From the NCBI GenBank assembly GCA_964016885.1, contig OZ024742.1:346890001-346954000 (forward strand): DNA of 64,000 nt, read 5' to 3'. This document shows positions 39,801 through 51,294 of the stretch, piece after piece. This DNA comes from Eledone cirrhosa (lineage: Eukaryota). The notes under the pieces are model-generated. The model did no database searches. It was not told the origin of the DNA and was given only the letters and a program-made list of their open reading frames with translations. The position numbers were made by a program, and so were the translations under genes. Numbering within the stretch: the first letter of the stretch is position 1; every line of letters starts with the position of its first letter.

Positions 39801-40850
39801 GATACAGTAATGGACTACAAATTTCAGAAGTCCCATTTACTGCTGAAATGGAAAACACAGAAAAAGCAAAGCAGGTAAAAGTAACTGCAAAGAAAGAACT
39901 GCTACAGAAACTGGCTAAGAAATGGCAAGAAAAGCCTCTGTATGGAAACTACCCAGAGCGAGCTAACAATCCTGATGTTGACAAAACTTTAACCCATCAG
40001 TGGTTGGCATCCTCTGGACTGAAATCGGAGACTGAAGGACTGATTATATCGGCACAAGATCAGTGTCTGCCAACAAAAAATTACCAAGCCAACATAATAA
40101 AAAATGGGTGCAGCCCATTATGCCGTGTATGCAAAAAACAACCAGAGACCATTGACCATATAATTTCAATGTGCAGTCCTATAGCTCCAACCGAATACCT
40201 AAACAGGCATGACAGAGCTGCACAATACATACATTGGATAATGTGTAAGCATTTTGACCTGCCCCATCAAAAGAATTGGTGGGAGCATCAACCACCTCCC
40301 ATACTTGAAAAAGATCACATCTCAATCTTGTGGAACTTTAGCATCCAAACAGACCGAAAAATAGATGCAAATAGACCTGATATAATATTGAAGGACTTTC
40401 AAAGGAGGGTATGCCTGCTAATTGATATGTCTGTTCCAATAGACAAGAATGTATCTATAAAAACATTTGAAAAATTGAGCAAGTATAAGGACCTGGAGAT
40501 AGAAATTGGAAAAATGTGGAAATTGAGAACTAAAACAATACCAGTGGTTGTAGGCGCTCTGGGAATGATACCTAAGGGGTCTAACGACTACTTATCGCAA
40601 ATCCCAGGAAACCCGCGTATAGGAGAAATACAAAAGATAGTACTAATGGGAACTGCCCATATACTAAGGAAGATCCTGTCAATATAAGTACATCACAAGT
40701 CTAAACACTAAGGATGCATGTGTGAATATGTGTGTTCTTTCTTGAACATGGCGGACCTTGTTGTCTCTTGAGGTCACTGGTTGTGACTTGGTGATAACTC
40801 GTATGAACATAAAGCAAGATAAATGCAAATAATAATAATAATAATAATAA
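36850..40850 (+). mobile_element. Full-length Dong/R4-like element (family A, copy 2) with (TAA)n tail
   Basis: The single ORF is broken into 37039-37389, 37046-39106 and 39140-40687. It is nearly identical to 23530-26035 over the shared part. Confidence 0.92.
37039..40687 (+). pseudogene. RT-RLE polyprotein with a frameshift near 37380 and a nonsense TGA at 39104-39106
   Basis: GGATATTGAGTC here versus GGATATAGAGTC in copy 1. All RT, CCHC and PD-D motifs are present. Confidence 0.9.
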
Positions 40851-43800
40851 TGATTTCTTTATTAACCACAAGGGTTTACATAAAGTAGACAGGGGGGAGA
40901 CTTCCGAGGGACATTTGTGGAGAAAGCCCAGTAAAAGGCCACAGTGACCCTGACCACCAGGGCAAGTGCCCTCTCCCAGTTTTCCACCTTTAATTTACAG
41001 ATATATACTCAGAGTAAGCCCATTCACTCGGGCCATTCTTGCTTCTCTCACCCATCTTTCAACAAAATGCTGGGAAGAGAGCACTTCCCTCTCTACTCTG
41101 ATTTTCCTTTTCAAATGAAATTTGAAAAAGTCAATCAGGGGATCACCGAAGAGGTAAGTGCTCGTCTTCAGCCCTTTCAAACGTGTCCACTATACTATCT
41201 CTTTCGCCATGGCCACCAGACAGATAAAAACTGCCTGCCCTTCCCGGCTAAAGGAGGAGGGCGGAGCAATCCTCACGATGGACTCAGATGATAGCCGGAT
41301 CCGTCCTACACGCGACAGCAGGTGTTCGACATAAACACACAAGTCAGCAATTTTCGGACACTGGACGAGTGCGTGCAGGACGGTTTCGTCGCCCTGCGCG
41401 CATCTCGGACATGCCCGGCTGACGGCACCTCCATGCCTGTAGAGTTTATCCCGAACTGGCAAGGCTCCTCGGTAGCACTGCCAGGCCAGAGATTTCTGGA
41501 AGTTGTCCATAGGCCCTGGCCCGAAAGTTCTTCCGAAGAGATTGGCTAGTTTATTTTCGTCGACGCCTAGAGTTTCCCCAAGTACGGCGTCGCTCTTCCC
41601 CTCCACTAATCCTCTATAGAACGCCGAGGTGGAGTTTTCACCGATCACATTGCCAGATTGGTCGAGGGCTGTGAGTGCCTGAAGACATTCCAGTCTCCAG
41701 GCGCTCCCTCTCGGTCTTCGCTTGACCCAGGACTGCAACTCCGTCAAGGAAACGAGCTGGGGAAATACGTGTCAAGCAAGCGGCGACCACACCTGATCAC
41801 CGTCGAGGAAGAGGTGGAGATGTCGTAGCCTGAGCGCGTGCCTGCGCATCATCAGCCACGGCATGCCCAGCCCTCCACGTAGCGGGTGTTGACAACAGAT
41901 GGACCGCCTGACCATCAGAGCGCGTCTCTTCCACAAAAAGCGAAAGAGCAAACGCTCCAGCGCAGTCAGGCGAGGCTTAGGACAAGGTACGACGGTCAGG
42001 CGGTAGCAGATGACAGACGCGATGTACGCGTTAGCCACCTCCACTCGACCTTTCAGGGATAGCTTCCTCTCCGCCCATTTCTGAGTGAGAGAAGCCACCC
42101 TGCTCGTCACCTCGTCCCAGTTTTTGTCCGTCTGGAGGTCCGGACCGAACCAGAACCCCAGCAATTTAACCGGTCCGTCCGTCCAGCGTCCGAGGACGCT
42201 GTTGGACGGCATGGACCTGCCTCTCCAGGTGCCGAGCTGTAGGCCCACTGACTTTTCCTGGTTGATCATTGCTCCTGTCACCGCTTCGTATTCTCTTAGT
42301 GTAGTGGCGATCGCCTCGATGTGTTTGGCGTTCGACACCACTACGGTGACATCGTCCGCATATGCTGACACGGATCTTCCGCATCCTAGTTCGCGCGGGA
42401 CGCCCCTCAACGTCTCCAGTTTGTGCAGTAATGGCTCGAGAGTCAATACGTACAAGAGGGACGAGAGGGGACATCCTTGGCGGACCGACCGCATGATGTT
42501 GAACGGTTCCGAAAGGTGACCGTTCACTCTCACCACAGAGCAGATGTCGCTGTGCATGGCAGCGATCCAGCCTTTAAAGACGGGCCCAAAGCCAGCCGCC
42601 CTCAGGACTGCCGCTAGGTAACGATGGTCGACCCTATCGAAAGCTTTCGACTGATCTAAATTGATCAAGGGCCCACCCGTGCCAGGTTCCCTAGCTACCC
42701 TCTCTACGATGTATCGCATGAGGTGGATGTTGTCGTAGATGGATCTGTCGGGAATGGCGCATGTCTGCGCCTCTCCCACCAGACCACCAACGACAAGCGC
42801 CAACCTCTTTGCTAGCACCTTGGTCAAAATCTTGAACTCTGTGTTTAGCAGAGTTATGGGCCGGAAATTATCTATGTTATCCCCCTTGTACGGATCCTTT
42901 CTCAGCAGTGCCACCGCTCCTCGGCTCACAGAACTGGGAATTCTCCCGTTCTGTTGCCAGTTGCAGTAGACGTCCGCCAAGAGGCCTCCGAACAAGTCTG
43001 GCATCTGTACGTAAAGTTCATAGGGCAGACCATTCAAACCAGGCGATTTACCCCTTGTGCAGCCAGTCATTGCCTCCCTTACTTCAGCGGCTGTTATCGG
43101 CTTTTCGCAACACTCCGCCTCAGTGACCGAGAGCCGCGGCAGTCCGTCGAGGTAGACACTAAAGTCCATCCCTCGACCCGGCCACCGCTGCCCCCGAACA
43201 CCTGAGCGAAGTGTCGCTGAAAAGCTTCACACATTTGCCCGGGATCGAGTAGCATGCGCCCGTCGTGGTCCACCAAAGACCGGATCGTGGCTTTGTTGCC
43301 ACAACGCACCTCCGCCACTCGGGCCCATTGAACGGCTTTCGTCCCCTCGTGTCTGAGAGTACGCACCCTAGCCCTGACAACGCAGCCTTCGTGCTTTGCA
43401 TTGAAGAATTGGTCAAGGGCCAATTTCGCCGCAAGCACGTCGGTCGCAATGCCTTTGCTAAGCGCCTCGTGTAATTTTCTAACTAGTTCTCCCTCTGCTC
43501 TATTTTTCTCTATTGCTAAAGCCTTACTAAACCTAATGGATTCTATTCTAATCGCTCTTTTCAGAGCAAACCACCACTTGTTGTTGACGATGGCCCCCGT
43601 CAACGCCGGCTTAACTAGTTCGCTAATCCGGTCTCTGTAGGCCTTGCGCGCTGGTAAGGACGTGTTTAGCTTCCAGTAGCCGGGTCCTCGTCTATGAAGC
43701 CTATCTAAATTAAGCACACAGATCACGAATTTGTGGTCCGTGTAGCTGACTATCTTGAAATTGTGGACAGCCTATCTATTTCCCTACAAAATACTCTATC

Positions 43801-46280
43801 TAGATATGATCTGGATGACCCTATGCGATTTGTCCAAGTCCACATTGGCACATTCGGGAAATCCAATCGGTACCTGTCAGACAGTTCAAAACGCCTGAGC
43901 AGGTTGGTGAGGCTCTTGCACCCTCCACCCCTATCTGCTAATCCCACACAGTCCCAGCGTGCATCTAAGATCCCGTTCCAGTCGCCCACTAACACTAAAG
44001 AGCGGGACGTTCTAAGAAAGGTCTCCAGACGCCGGAAGAAATCAGGCCGCCCTGCTCCTGTCGGGGCATAGACGGCCACTAGCCTGAAAGCTTGCCCGTC
44101 TCCGCTGGTAACGTCCAGCACCACCAACTTACCCTCTGGGTCCAGGAAGATGGCCCGTATGGCGAGATCCAAACCTCTCCGAAAAAGCACAGCAACTCCT
44201 CCCCCCCCCCGATCCAGGACGGTTGGGAGATGCGTACACATCGTAGCCGCCGAAGATCGGTGCGAAGGCCCGTGCTTTGGAGATTCTGGTCTCGCTGATG
44301 GCCACTACATCTATGTTTAGTGACCTGAGGTCGTTGAGCAGGTGACCCTGCTTCCATGACGACCCCAAGCCACGCGCATTTATGCTGCCTATTCTGAGTG
44401 AGGTCATGTTTAAAATAGAGTGGAAAAGATGGGAAAGACCACTTACCGTACTTTTTGTAGAGGAAGGATGATTTTTCCATCCCTTTTCACTTGATCGTCT
44501 GGTGAAGGGACCGTTGAATCGTCCCTTTGGCTGGTCGACGGCTCTTCTATGAGTATGTCCGAATATACTCTCCGGTTGAGAGTCCCTCCTAGGTCTCTGA
44601 AATCACCAACTGCGTTGGGGAATTTCGTTTTAATGTTTGTGTATTGTTTCTGTGCTATTTTTAGAAGTCTTATGTTAGTTGGCGTTTTGATTGGTGCTGG
44701 TATTATGTAGTCGTGCTGTGAAATGTCTGTGTGTTCAATTATGTAAGTCATTAGTTTCTTGTTGTGTGTATTTATTGCCGTGCATTTGTTTTTCTGGGTG
44801 TGGGGTATGGTTCTGCTATCTTCTTGTCGTTGTTGCTGGGTGTGTGTGTTTTGTTGTTGTGTTTGCGATGTTGGTGCTTGTGTTGTTGAAGGTGTTGTTG
44901 TTGTTGGCGGTGGGGTTGTCGCCGGTGGTGATGGTGGCGCTCGTGTGGGTGGTGATGGTGTTGGTGGTGTTGCTGCTGTGAATCTCTTTGCAGTAGCCTT
45001 TACCCTTTTTTCATTTCTTTCCTCCCTTTTCGAAGGCGACGATGCACTGCTTCTGCGTTTGTGCCTTTTTACGACCTTTTGCCATCCCTCTCCCACTTCA
45101 CACTCCATGTCTGATTCTGTGAGGTCGGGGAGGGGTACCAGCTCCACTCTTTCACTTGTTGTTGTTGGTGATGTTTGCACTGGAGTCTCTGTTGCAGCTG
45201 CATTTGGTATTACTGTTGTTGTTGTTAATACTTCCACTGCTGCTGCTGTTTTTGATTTCCGTGACGTGGGTATGGGTGCCACGGACCTATCGTTCCTGGT
45301 TGCCGCTTGTCCTGTTGCTGATAGCCGTGGAGCCGGTTTCGGAAGGAGGGGGCTTTTCTCCTTTCTCAGGGTCTTCTCGTTGCAGGGGGTCCTGAGGTGA
45401 GTCTTCGATCCACAGCGAAAACATTTCGGGCGTTTGCCCTCAACACTTATGGGCAGTTGAGTGCCGTTATCGAAGTCTATCACATCCGGGATAGCTTTGA
45501 TGCACTCCTGGTTGGTTTGGATTAACATCTCAATGGAGGTGCCGACCCAATCTTTGCTGCTGTTGTTGTTGTTGTTGTTGTCGTCAGAGCTGCTGTTACT
45601 TTTGTTGTTGCTGCAGGTACTACGACTACTGCCGCCGCCGCTGTTGCTGTGGTTGTTGTTGTTGTTGCTGCTGTTGCTGTTGTTGTTGCTGCTAATGCTG
45701 TTGTTGTTGATGCTGCTGCTGATGCTGTTGCAGCTGCTACTGTTGTTTTCCTTGTCACTGTTGCTGCTGTTGCTGTTATTACGGCTGCTACTGCTATTAT
45801 TCCTGACGTCAGACGAATGAAATGGGTTTTCGTATTTCCCGCACACCTTTTTCGTCGTTGTCGTTGTCGTCGTGGAGAAATCTTGCACGCTTTGCACGTG
45901 ATTTTTCTTTTCTGGCGTCGCTTGCGAAAGAGAAGGGAGGGAGAGAGACACATTTAGAGAAGGGAGGGAGAGAGACAATCTTCTCTCTGCTGTAGTGACG
46001 ATTGAGGAAGAAGAAGAAGACGGAATGAGTGGGAGTGACCTATGAAAATTCTTTTTCGTGGCCATGTTTTTTTTTTTGTTTAAAATAAATATTGGGCACA
46101 AAACCCCAATAAGCGGTTATTTAACTCCGAAGGGCCAAATAACGGGCAGAAAGATCCCTCTCACGAGGAGGAGGGTGTTTTTGTCTACAATTTGGTTAAA
46201 GTTTTAAACAATTTACAATTGTTATAGCGGTAAAATTTACAATACCTTACAGAGCCGAGCCTCCCTCAACCATAGCATTC
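40851..46280 (-). mobile_element. Tx1-like element, family A' (ORF2 close to 29940-33361, ORF1 divergent), flanked by (TAA)n
   Basis: ORF2 pieces 44407 to about 40990; ORF1 44443-46101 with CFRCGSKTHLRTPC. Confidence 0.92.
44443..46066 (-). CDS. Tx1-like ORF1, open but apparently internally deleted; Asn/Ser- and Pro/Thr-rich with one zinc knuckle
   Basis: ORF track 44443-46101, with the likely ATG at MATKK. The domain preceding W.G..E.L.Q in the other ORF1s is missing. Confidence 0.6.

Positions 46281-46345
<65 letters not shown>
46281..46345. repeat. (TAA)n microsatellite
   Basis: Read directly. Confidence 0.95.
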
Positions 46346-46347
<2 letters not shown>

Positions 46348-46538
46348 TATGATTGAAAATTATACCCGGACCACCGGAAATGTTGGTAATATCCAGTATG
46401 GGGTTTCTGCAACTCCTAAATCAAGTACTGTCTGCTTAAGCAAATAATACTAAGCTTTTGGTATGATGATCGAACATATATATATATAATTATATAAAGT
46501 ATAACGAAAGTGCTCAAGCGCTGAAATGCTATAAAGAC

Positions 46539-46735
46539 AGTTTATAAAGTAGGGTGAAGACTCTTAAAAGACAGAAACAGAGTTTGCCAACGACAGCTAT
46601 GAGGAATTGAAACCCCATATCTTCCAGATATCTAGCCTTATCTGGAAAATATGGGTTTCAATACGTTTTCCTCATAACCGTCGTTGGCAAACTCTTTTTC
46701 TGTCTTTTAAGGGTCTTCACCCTATTTTATAAACT
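46539..46735. repeat. Imperfect fold-back inverted repeat, about 197 bp
   Basis: AGTTTATAAAGTAGGGTGAAGAC...GTCTTCACCCTATTTTATAAACT, with pairing continuing to the centre near 46638. Confidence 0.85.
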
Positions 46736-48545
46736 ACACCATCACCACATAACATATCCCTCCCACACGCCCCTGATGACGATTCATCACCAGACGAGGA
46801 TACTTCTCCATCCCCAAGTGAAGATGAAGGAGAGCCTCGTAAATCAAAAAACAAAAAAAGAGACACCACAAAGCCACAAAAACAACAATCACCAACACGA
46901 ACACACAACCACCAACACAAACAACAAACATCCCCCCCCCCCTACCAGCAAAATAAACACCAACACCACCCCAAACACAAATGCCCACCAAAAATAAAAC
47001 TACAAATGAACAACAAACCAAAACAACACAACAAAACAAAACAAACAATATACATACATTAACACAAACAACAAAAACCTAATGGAGGTCATCTCCCAAG
47101 ATCCCAAAGTAGAAACTGAGGGGAAAACTTTTGTCAAGGCAGACTCTCAACCACACCTAAAACTGATAAGGGTTTCGATATAAACCTATCAGAAATTAAA
47201 AGAACAATTTTCACAGGACGTTGGCAACCCCTGTCAAAAGCCCATTAATCGCGTCCTATTAAAATGTTTCCCTACCCCACTCAACGCCCCCACCAGCACC
47301 CAAATGGAGATTGAACAACCCGATCTCCATGAAACGAAAAGGTAAGTGCATCTTTTCGTCCTTTTTCGCCAACTCTTCTCCACCAACATGACTAATTTAC
47401 GAGTTGGACGTGTGAATGTGCGTGGCCTAGGGATGCCCTGGAAACAGGACCAACTTTTAAACGACCTTAGGTCACACAGTATGGATGTGATAGCCATCAC
47501 CGAGTCCAGGATCCACAACAGGCAGCAACTAATCCCCATCTTCAATAACTTTGAGATCTACGCATCTCTCAGTCAGCCAGGAGGTGGAGGGGGAGTGGCT
47601 GTCATGTTTCGGAAAAAACCTGGACTTCGAAATACAGCAAGTACACTTGGTGGTCGGAGGGTAGACTGGTGGCCCTAGACGTGAACAGTATTGGAGGTGG
47701 AGCTTTCAGACTGGTGGCCAATCGCGGCCAGACATCTTTAAACGTCTAGAGTATTTTCTTGGAACGTCTCGCTCCTTGATTTTAGTGGGGGACTTGGATG
47801 GTATCCTAGACGCACGATGGGACTATGTAGGATCATATCCCAGTAGAGGGGGGAGCAACAGCCTCAAAATTTTCGATCAATTCCAACTGGCCTATAGGTA
47901 TCGACTAGATTTCCCGACTGCACCACAATGGACGTGGACAAACCACAGCGAGACATCTAGATCGTATTAAGACAGGTTCTTTATTAGAGAGAGAGACAAG
48001 ATGTTAAGCTGTCCACAAATGCACATAGTTGCCTATTCAGACCACAAACTAGTCATCTGCATAGTCAACCGTGATAGATTACATAGACAAGGACCCGGGT
48101 ACTGGAAGCTGAACATGTCACTACCGAGACGTAAAGCCTACAGTGAACGGATAAGTAGATTAGTTAAGCAACAGTTGACGGGAGCCATCGTCAACAACAG
48201 ATGGTGGTACTCTCTCAAGAGAGCAATTAGAGTAGAGTCGATAGACTTCAGCAGAGAATTAGCCTTAGAGGAAAACAAAACAGAAACACAACTAGTAGCC
48301 AAGGTAGAGGAAGCGCTTAGGACTGGCAACGCAGCTAGAGTGCTAGCAACGAGAACGGCACTGGACCAGTTCTTCGACGCGAAACACGAAGGCTGCGTGG
48401 TCAAAAGTAAATCACGTGCTCTAGGAAACGAGGGAGCAAAAGCTGTTAGCTGGGCCCAAGTGACAGAGGCGAAAAGTTGCAACAAGTCCACGATTTGGTC
48501 TTTGAAAGACCAAAACGGACGCGTGCTACTTGACCCCAACCAGCT
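46736..48545 (+). mobile_element. Internal fragment of a Tx1-like element (family C): ORF1 end plus degraded APE region
   Basis: ORF1 ends MEIEQPDLHETKR* at 47345. ORF2 starts MTNLRVGRVNVRGLG at 47388 and includes YSDHK and GPGYWKLN. Confidence 0.88.
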
Positions 48546-51265
48546 ATGTTGGTGAAGAAGAGTTGGAGAAAAAGGACGAAAAGGTGCACTTACCTTTTCG
48601 TTTCCTGGAGATCGGGTTGTTCAATCTCCATTTGGGTGCTGGAGGGGGTGTTGGGTGGGTTGGGGAAACCTTTTAACAGGACGTTGATGGGTTTAACAGG
48701 ACGTTGGTGGGTTTAATAGGACGTTGATGGGTTTGTAGTGACCTACATTCCGCGGACTCACATACATTCTCTGTGCGTGATTTGGCTCAGCTCAGCCAAT
48801 CAGCGCCAGTAGAAGAGGATGTATCCCTACGCGTTCTGAGGGAGAAATAGCCCGCAAAGATTTGAGGACGCCACCACTTCCAGGCTAGATGACTTCCAGG
48901 CTTGACCATGCTAAGTAAACACCGCTTGTTCTTTTGCTCCGCCAGCGCAAACAATATGTAACGACAAAACATTCCTACGGAGCTGGCTAAACGTCTTCAG
49001 CCAGTTGACCGTATTTTCTCTTGTAATCTTAATTGAATTATTTCATTTCTCTCGGCATGCCAACTTAACTCACTTCTTAACTTCTGTTAATAAATAATGT
49101 AAAACCAAGCAAAAGTCGTTTTCGATATTCCTATCATATCTTTCTACCAAACCTGGTTCCTCGTGGCAACATTACAACTTCTGAAATATACTTCTCCGCT
49201 AAATTGGAATTTACATTTTCAACCAAATTGGTGACAACAACATTTCTTTCACCAAGGTTTCTGGTAGGGGTTGCCCACGTCTTGCGAAAATTTATTTTTC
49301 AGGTCACTATAGGTCTCCATAGAAACCCTTACAAGTTTAAGGTGTGGAGACGATTCCGCTTTGACGAAAGTTTTGCCCTCCGTCTCCACCTTGAGGTTTT
49401 GGGAGATGACCTCAATCAAACTCTTGTTGTTTGTGTTGATGTATGCGTATTGTTGTTTGTGTTTTTGTTGTGTTGTTTTAGTTTGTTGTTCGTCCGGGAG
49501 TTTTCTTTTTATGGTGGGTGCTTGTGTTTGGGGTTGGGTTGGTGTTGGTTTTGCTGGCACGGAAATGTTTGACTGTGGTGTTGTTTGTGTTGTTGTTTGT
49601 GTCTGTAGTTGTGCGTTGGTGTTGGTGATTGAAGTTTTGGGGGTTTTGTGGTGTCTCTTTTCTTGTTTTTTAGATTTCCGAGGCTCTCCTTCTTCTTCAC
49701 TTAAAGAAGGGGAAGCAGCATCATCTGTCGATGAATAATCATCGTCAGGAGTGTGGGGTAGGGGTATGTTGTATGGTGGTGGTGTTTCGGTGTGTGTGTT
49801 TGCGGTAGTATTTGATGGAGTGGGATGATGTGGGGCTGTGTTCTTCAGGGGTGTTGTGTGTGTATTTTCTGTTGTTGTTGAATGAGTGGCTGTTTGTTTT
49901 GGTGTGTTTGCTCGTTTCGTCTGTTGTTGTACTTGTGGTGGTTGTTGTTTTGGTGTTGGTGTTGGTAATAGTGTTTTTTTAATGATGTTGTTGTGGTGTG
50001 TTTGTGAAGGACAGGAGGCTTTTAGATGCGCTGTGCTACCACAGCGAAAGCAATGAAGTTTTCGACCCTCCACCGTAATGTCTATTTTGTTGTTGTCGTC
50101 GATGACGACTTTTTCAGGTATTTTGGAGATTCTCTCCGGCCTCATTTGCATCAGAATCTCCAAATCAGTACCCGCCCACCTTTGTCTAATAGACTTTCGT
50201 ATCGAAAGAATCATATCAGTCCCTGGCTCTACGAAGCCAGCCTAGATCCACCAGATGTTAATGTGTGGTGGTATATTTTATATTTTTATTTTTTGTGTCC
50301 TTTTTCCCATGTACGTAGGGAAAAAGGTGGATGCTTTTGACACCATTGGTGTCACAGAATGTTTTTGGGTGAGTGCCTCGCTTTTAAACAGTACGGAAAC
50401 ACTTCCGTGCTGTTTTCCTCTTTGGGGAAAGTCAATATTTGTTAGAGTCTCCTTGAAGGTGGCTTCTATATCTCCTTGACTAACAAATATCGGATTTCTC
50501 GTTGTGTTGGAGACAATCCTAAAGATCACTGTCCTACGAACTGTATCTTCTTTTATTTCGAGGGGTGAGTTAATTCTAATCCCACATTTGTCTTCGAAAG
50601 TTACAAATTGTCTCCCTTGCTGGAGCATATCTCTTGCATTGGAGATGTCAAGATTTATAAAATCTTGTTTTTTGTTCACTGTTTCAGCGAAAGACATTTT
50701 TTTGTGTGGTGTTGCTGTTGTTGTTGTTATCGTTGTTAGCCTCGGTGTTGGAAATCTCAATTTCTTGACGAGGTGAAACTTTATGTGCAGATGTATCTAT
50801 GGAGTTGTTGATGTTGTCTTTTTCATATGTATGTATGTTAATAGGTTTAATTCCTGTGTTTTCCTGTGTGTTATTGTTACTTTTCTCCGCTTCTACGGTA
50901 GAAATTTTAAAATCTTCAAGTGGCAATATTTTTTTCTCTTTCTTGACTGTCGTATCTATGGCAACGTCCATAGTAGCAGAAGCAGATATAACGTTAATAT
51001 CTGCCTCTCTACCTCTCTTCTCTCTGTCGACTGTCTCTAGCGTTCTTTCCGAGCTTTTCATGTTTTATAGTTGGCAAAATTTGATATTTTAAAACAACTT
51101 TTAAATTAAATTTTCGCCCCGAACGGGGCGAAAAATGGAATTACAACCCAGCTGCCAATTCAGCTTGGGGGTTAATCTACAAAATGATAAGTTTTTTCAA
51201 ACAATTAGTTCGGTTTTTTGCATAGAAATTAACCAAAAAGCTTACCGGCGATGTTTCACGATTCA
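48546..51265 (-). mobile_element. 5' half of a Tx1-like element (family C): 5'UTR plus frameshifted ORF1, interrupted by an insertion
   Basis: ORF pieces 50684-51061, 50278-50760 and 49249-50214 (CFRCGSTAHLKASC). Homologous in reverse to 46736-47390. Confidence 0.85.
48734..49255 (+). mobile_element. About 520-bp insertion with GGTT(T) target-site duplication; probable solo LTR
   Basis: Absent from the homologous position of the + copy (about 47235-47245). It starts TGTAGTG, has CCAAT and AATAAA, and is flanked by GGTT at 48730-33 and 49256-59. Confidence 0.55.
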
Positions 51266-51294
51266 GGCAGATAAAGAGATAGATAGATAGATAA

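Noticed and set aside
23530-46345. Segmental duplication of a Dong+Tx1 unit
   Set aside because: The two Tx1 copies follow different Dong families, have different ORF1s, and are more diverged from each other than the two Dong A copies are.
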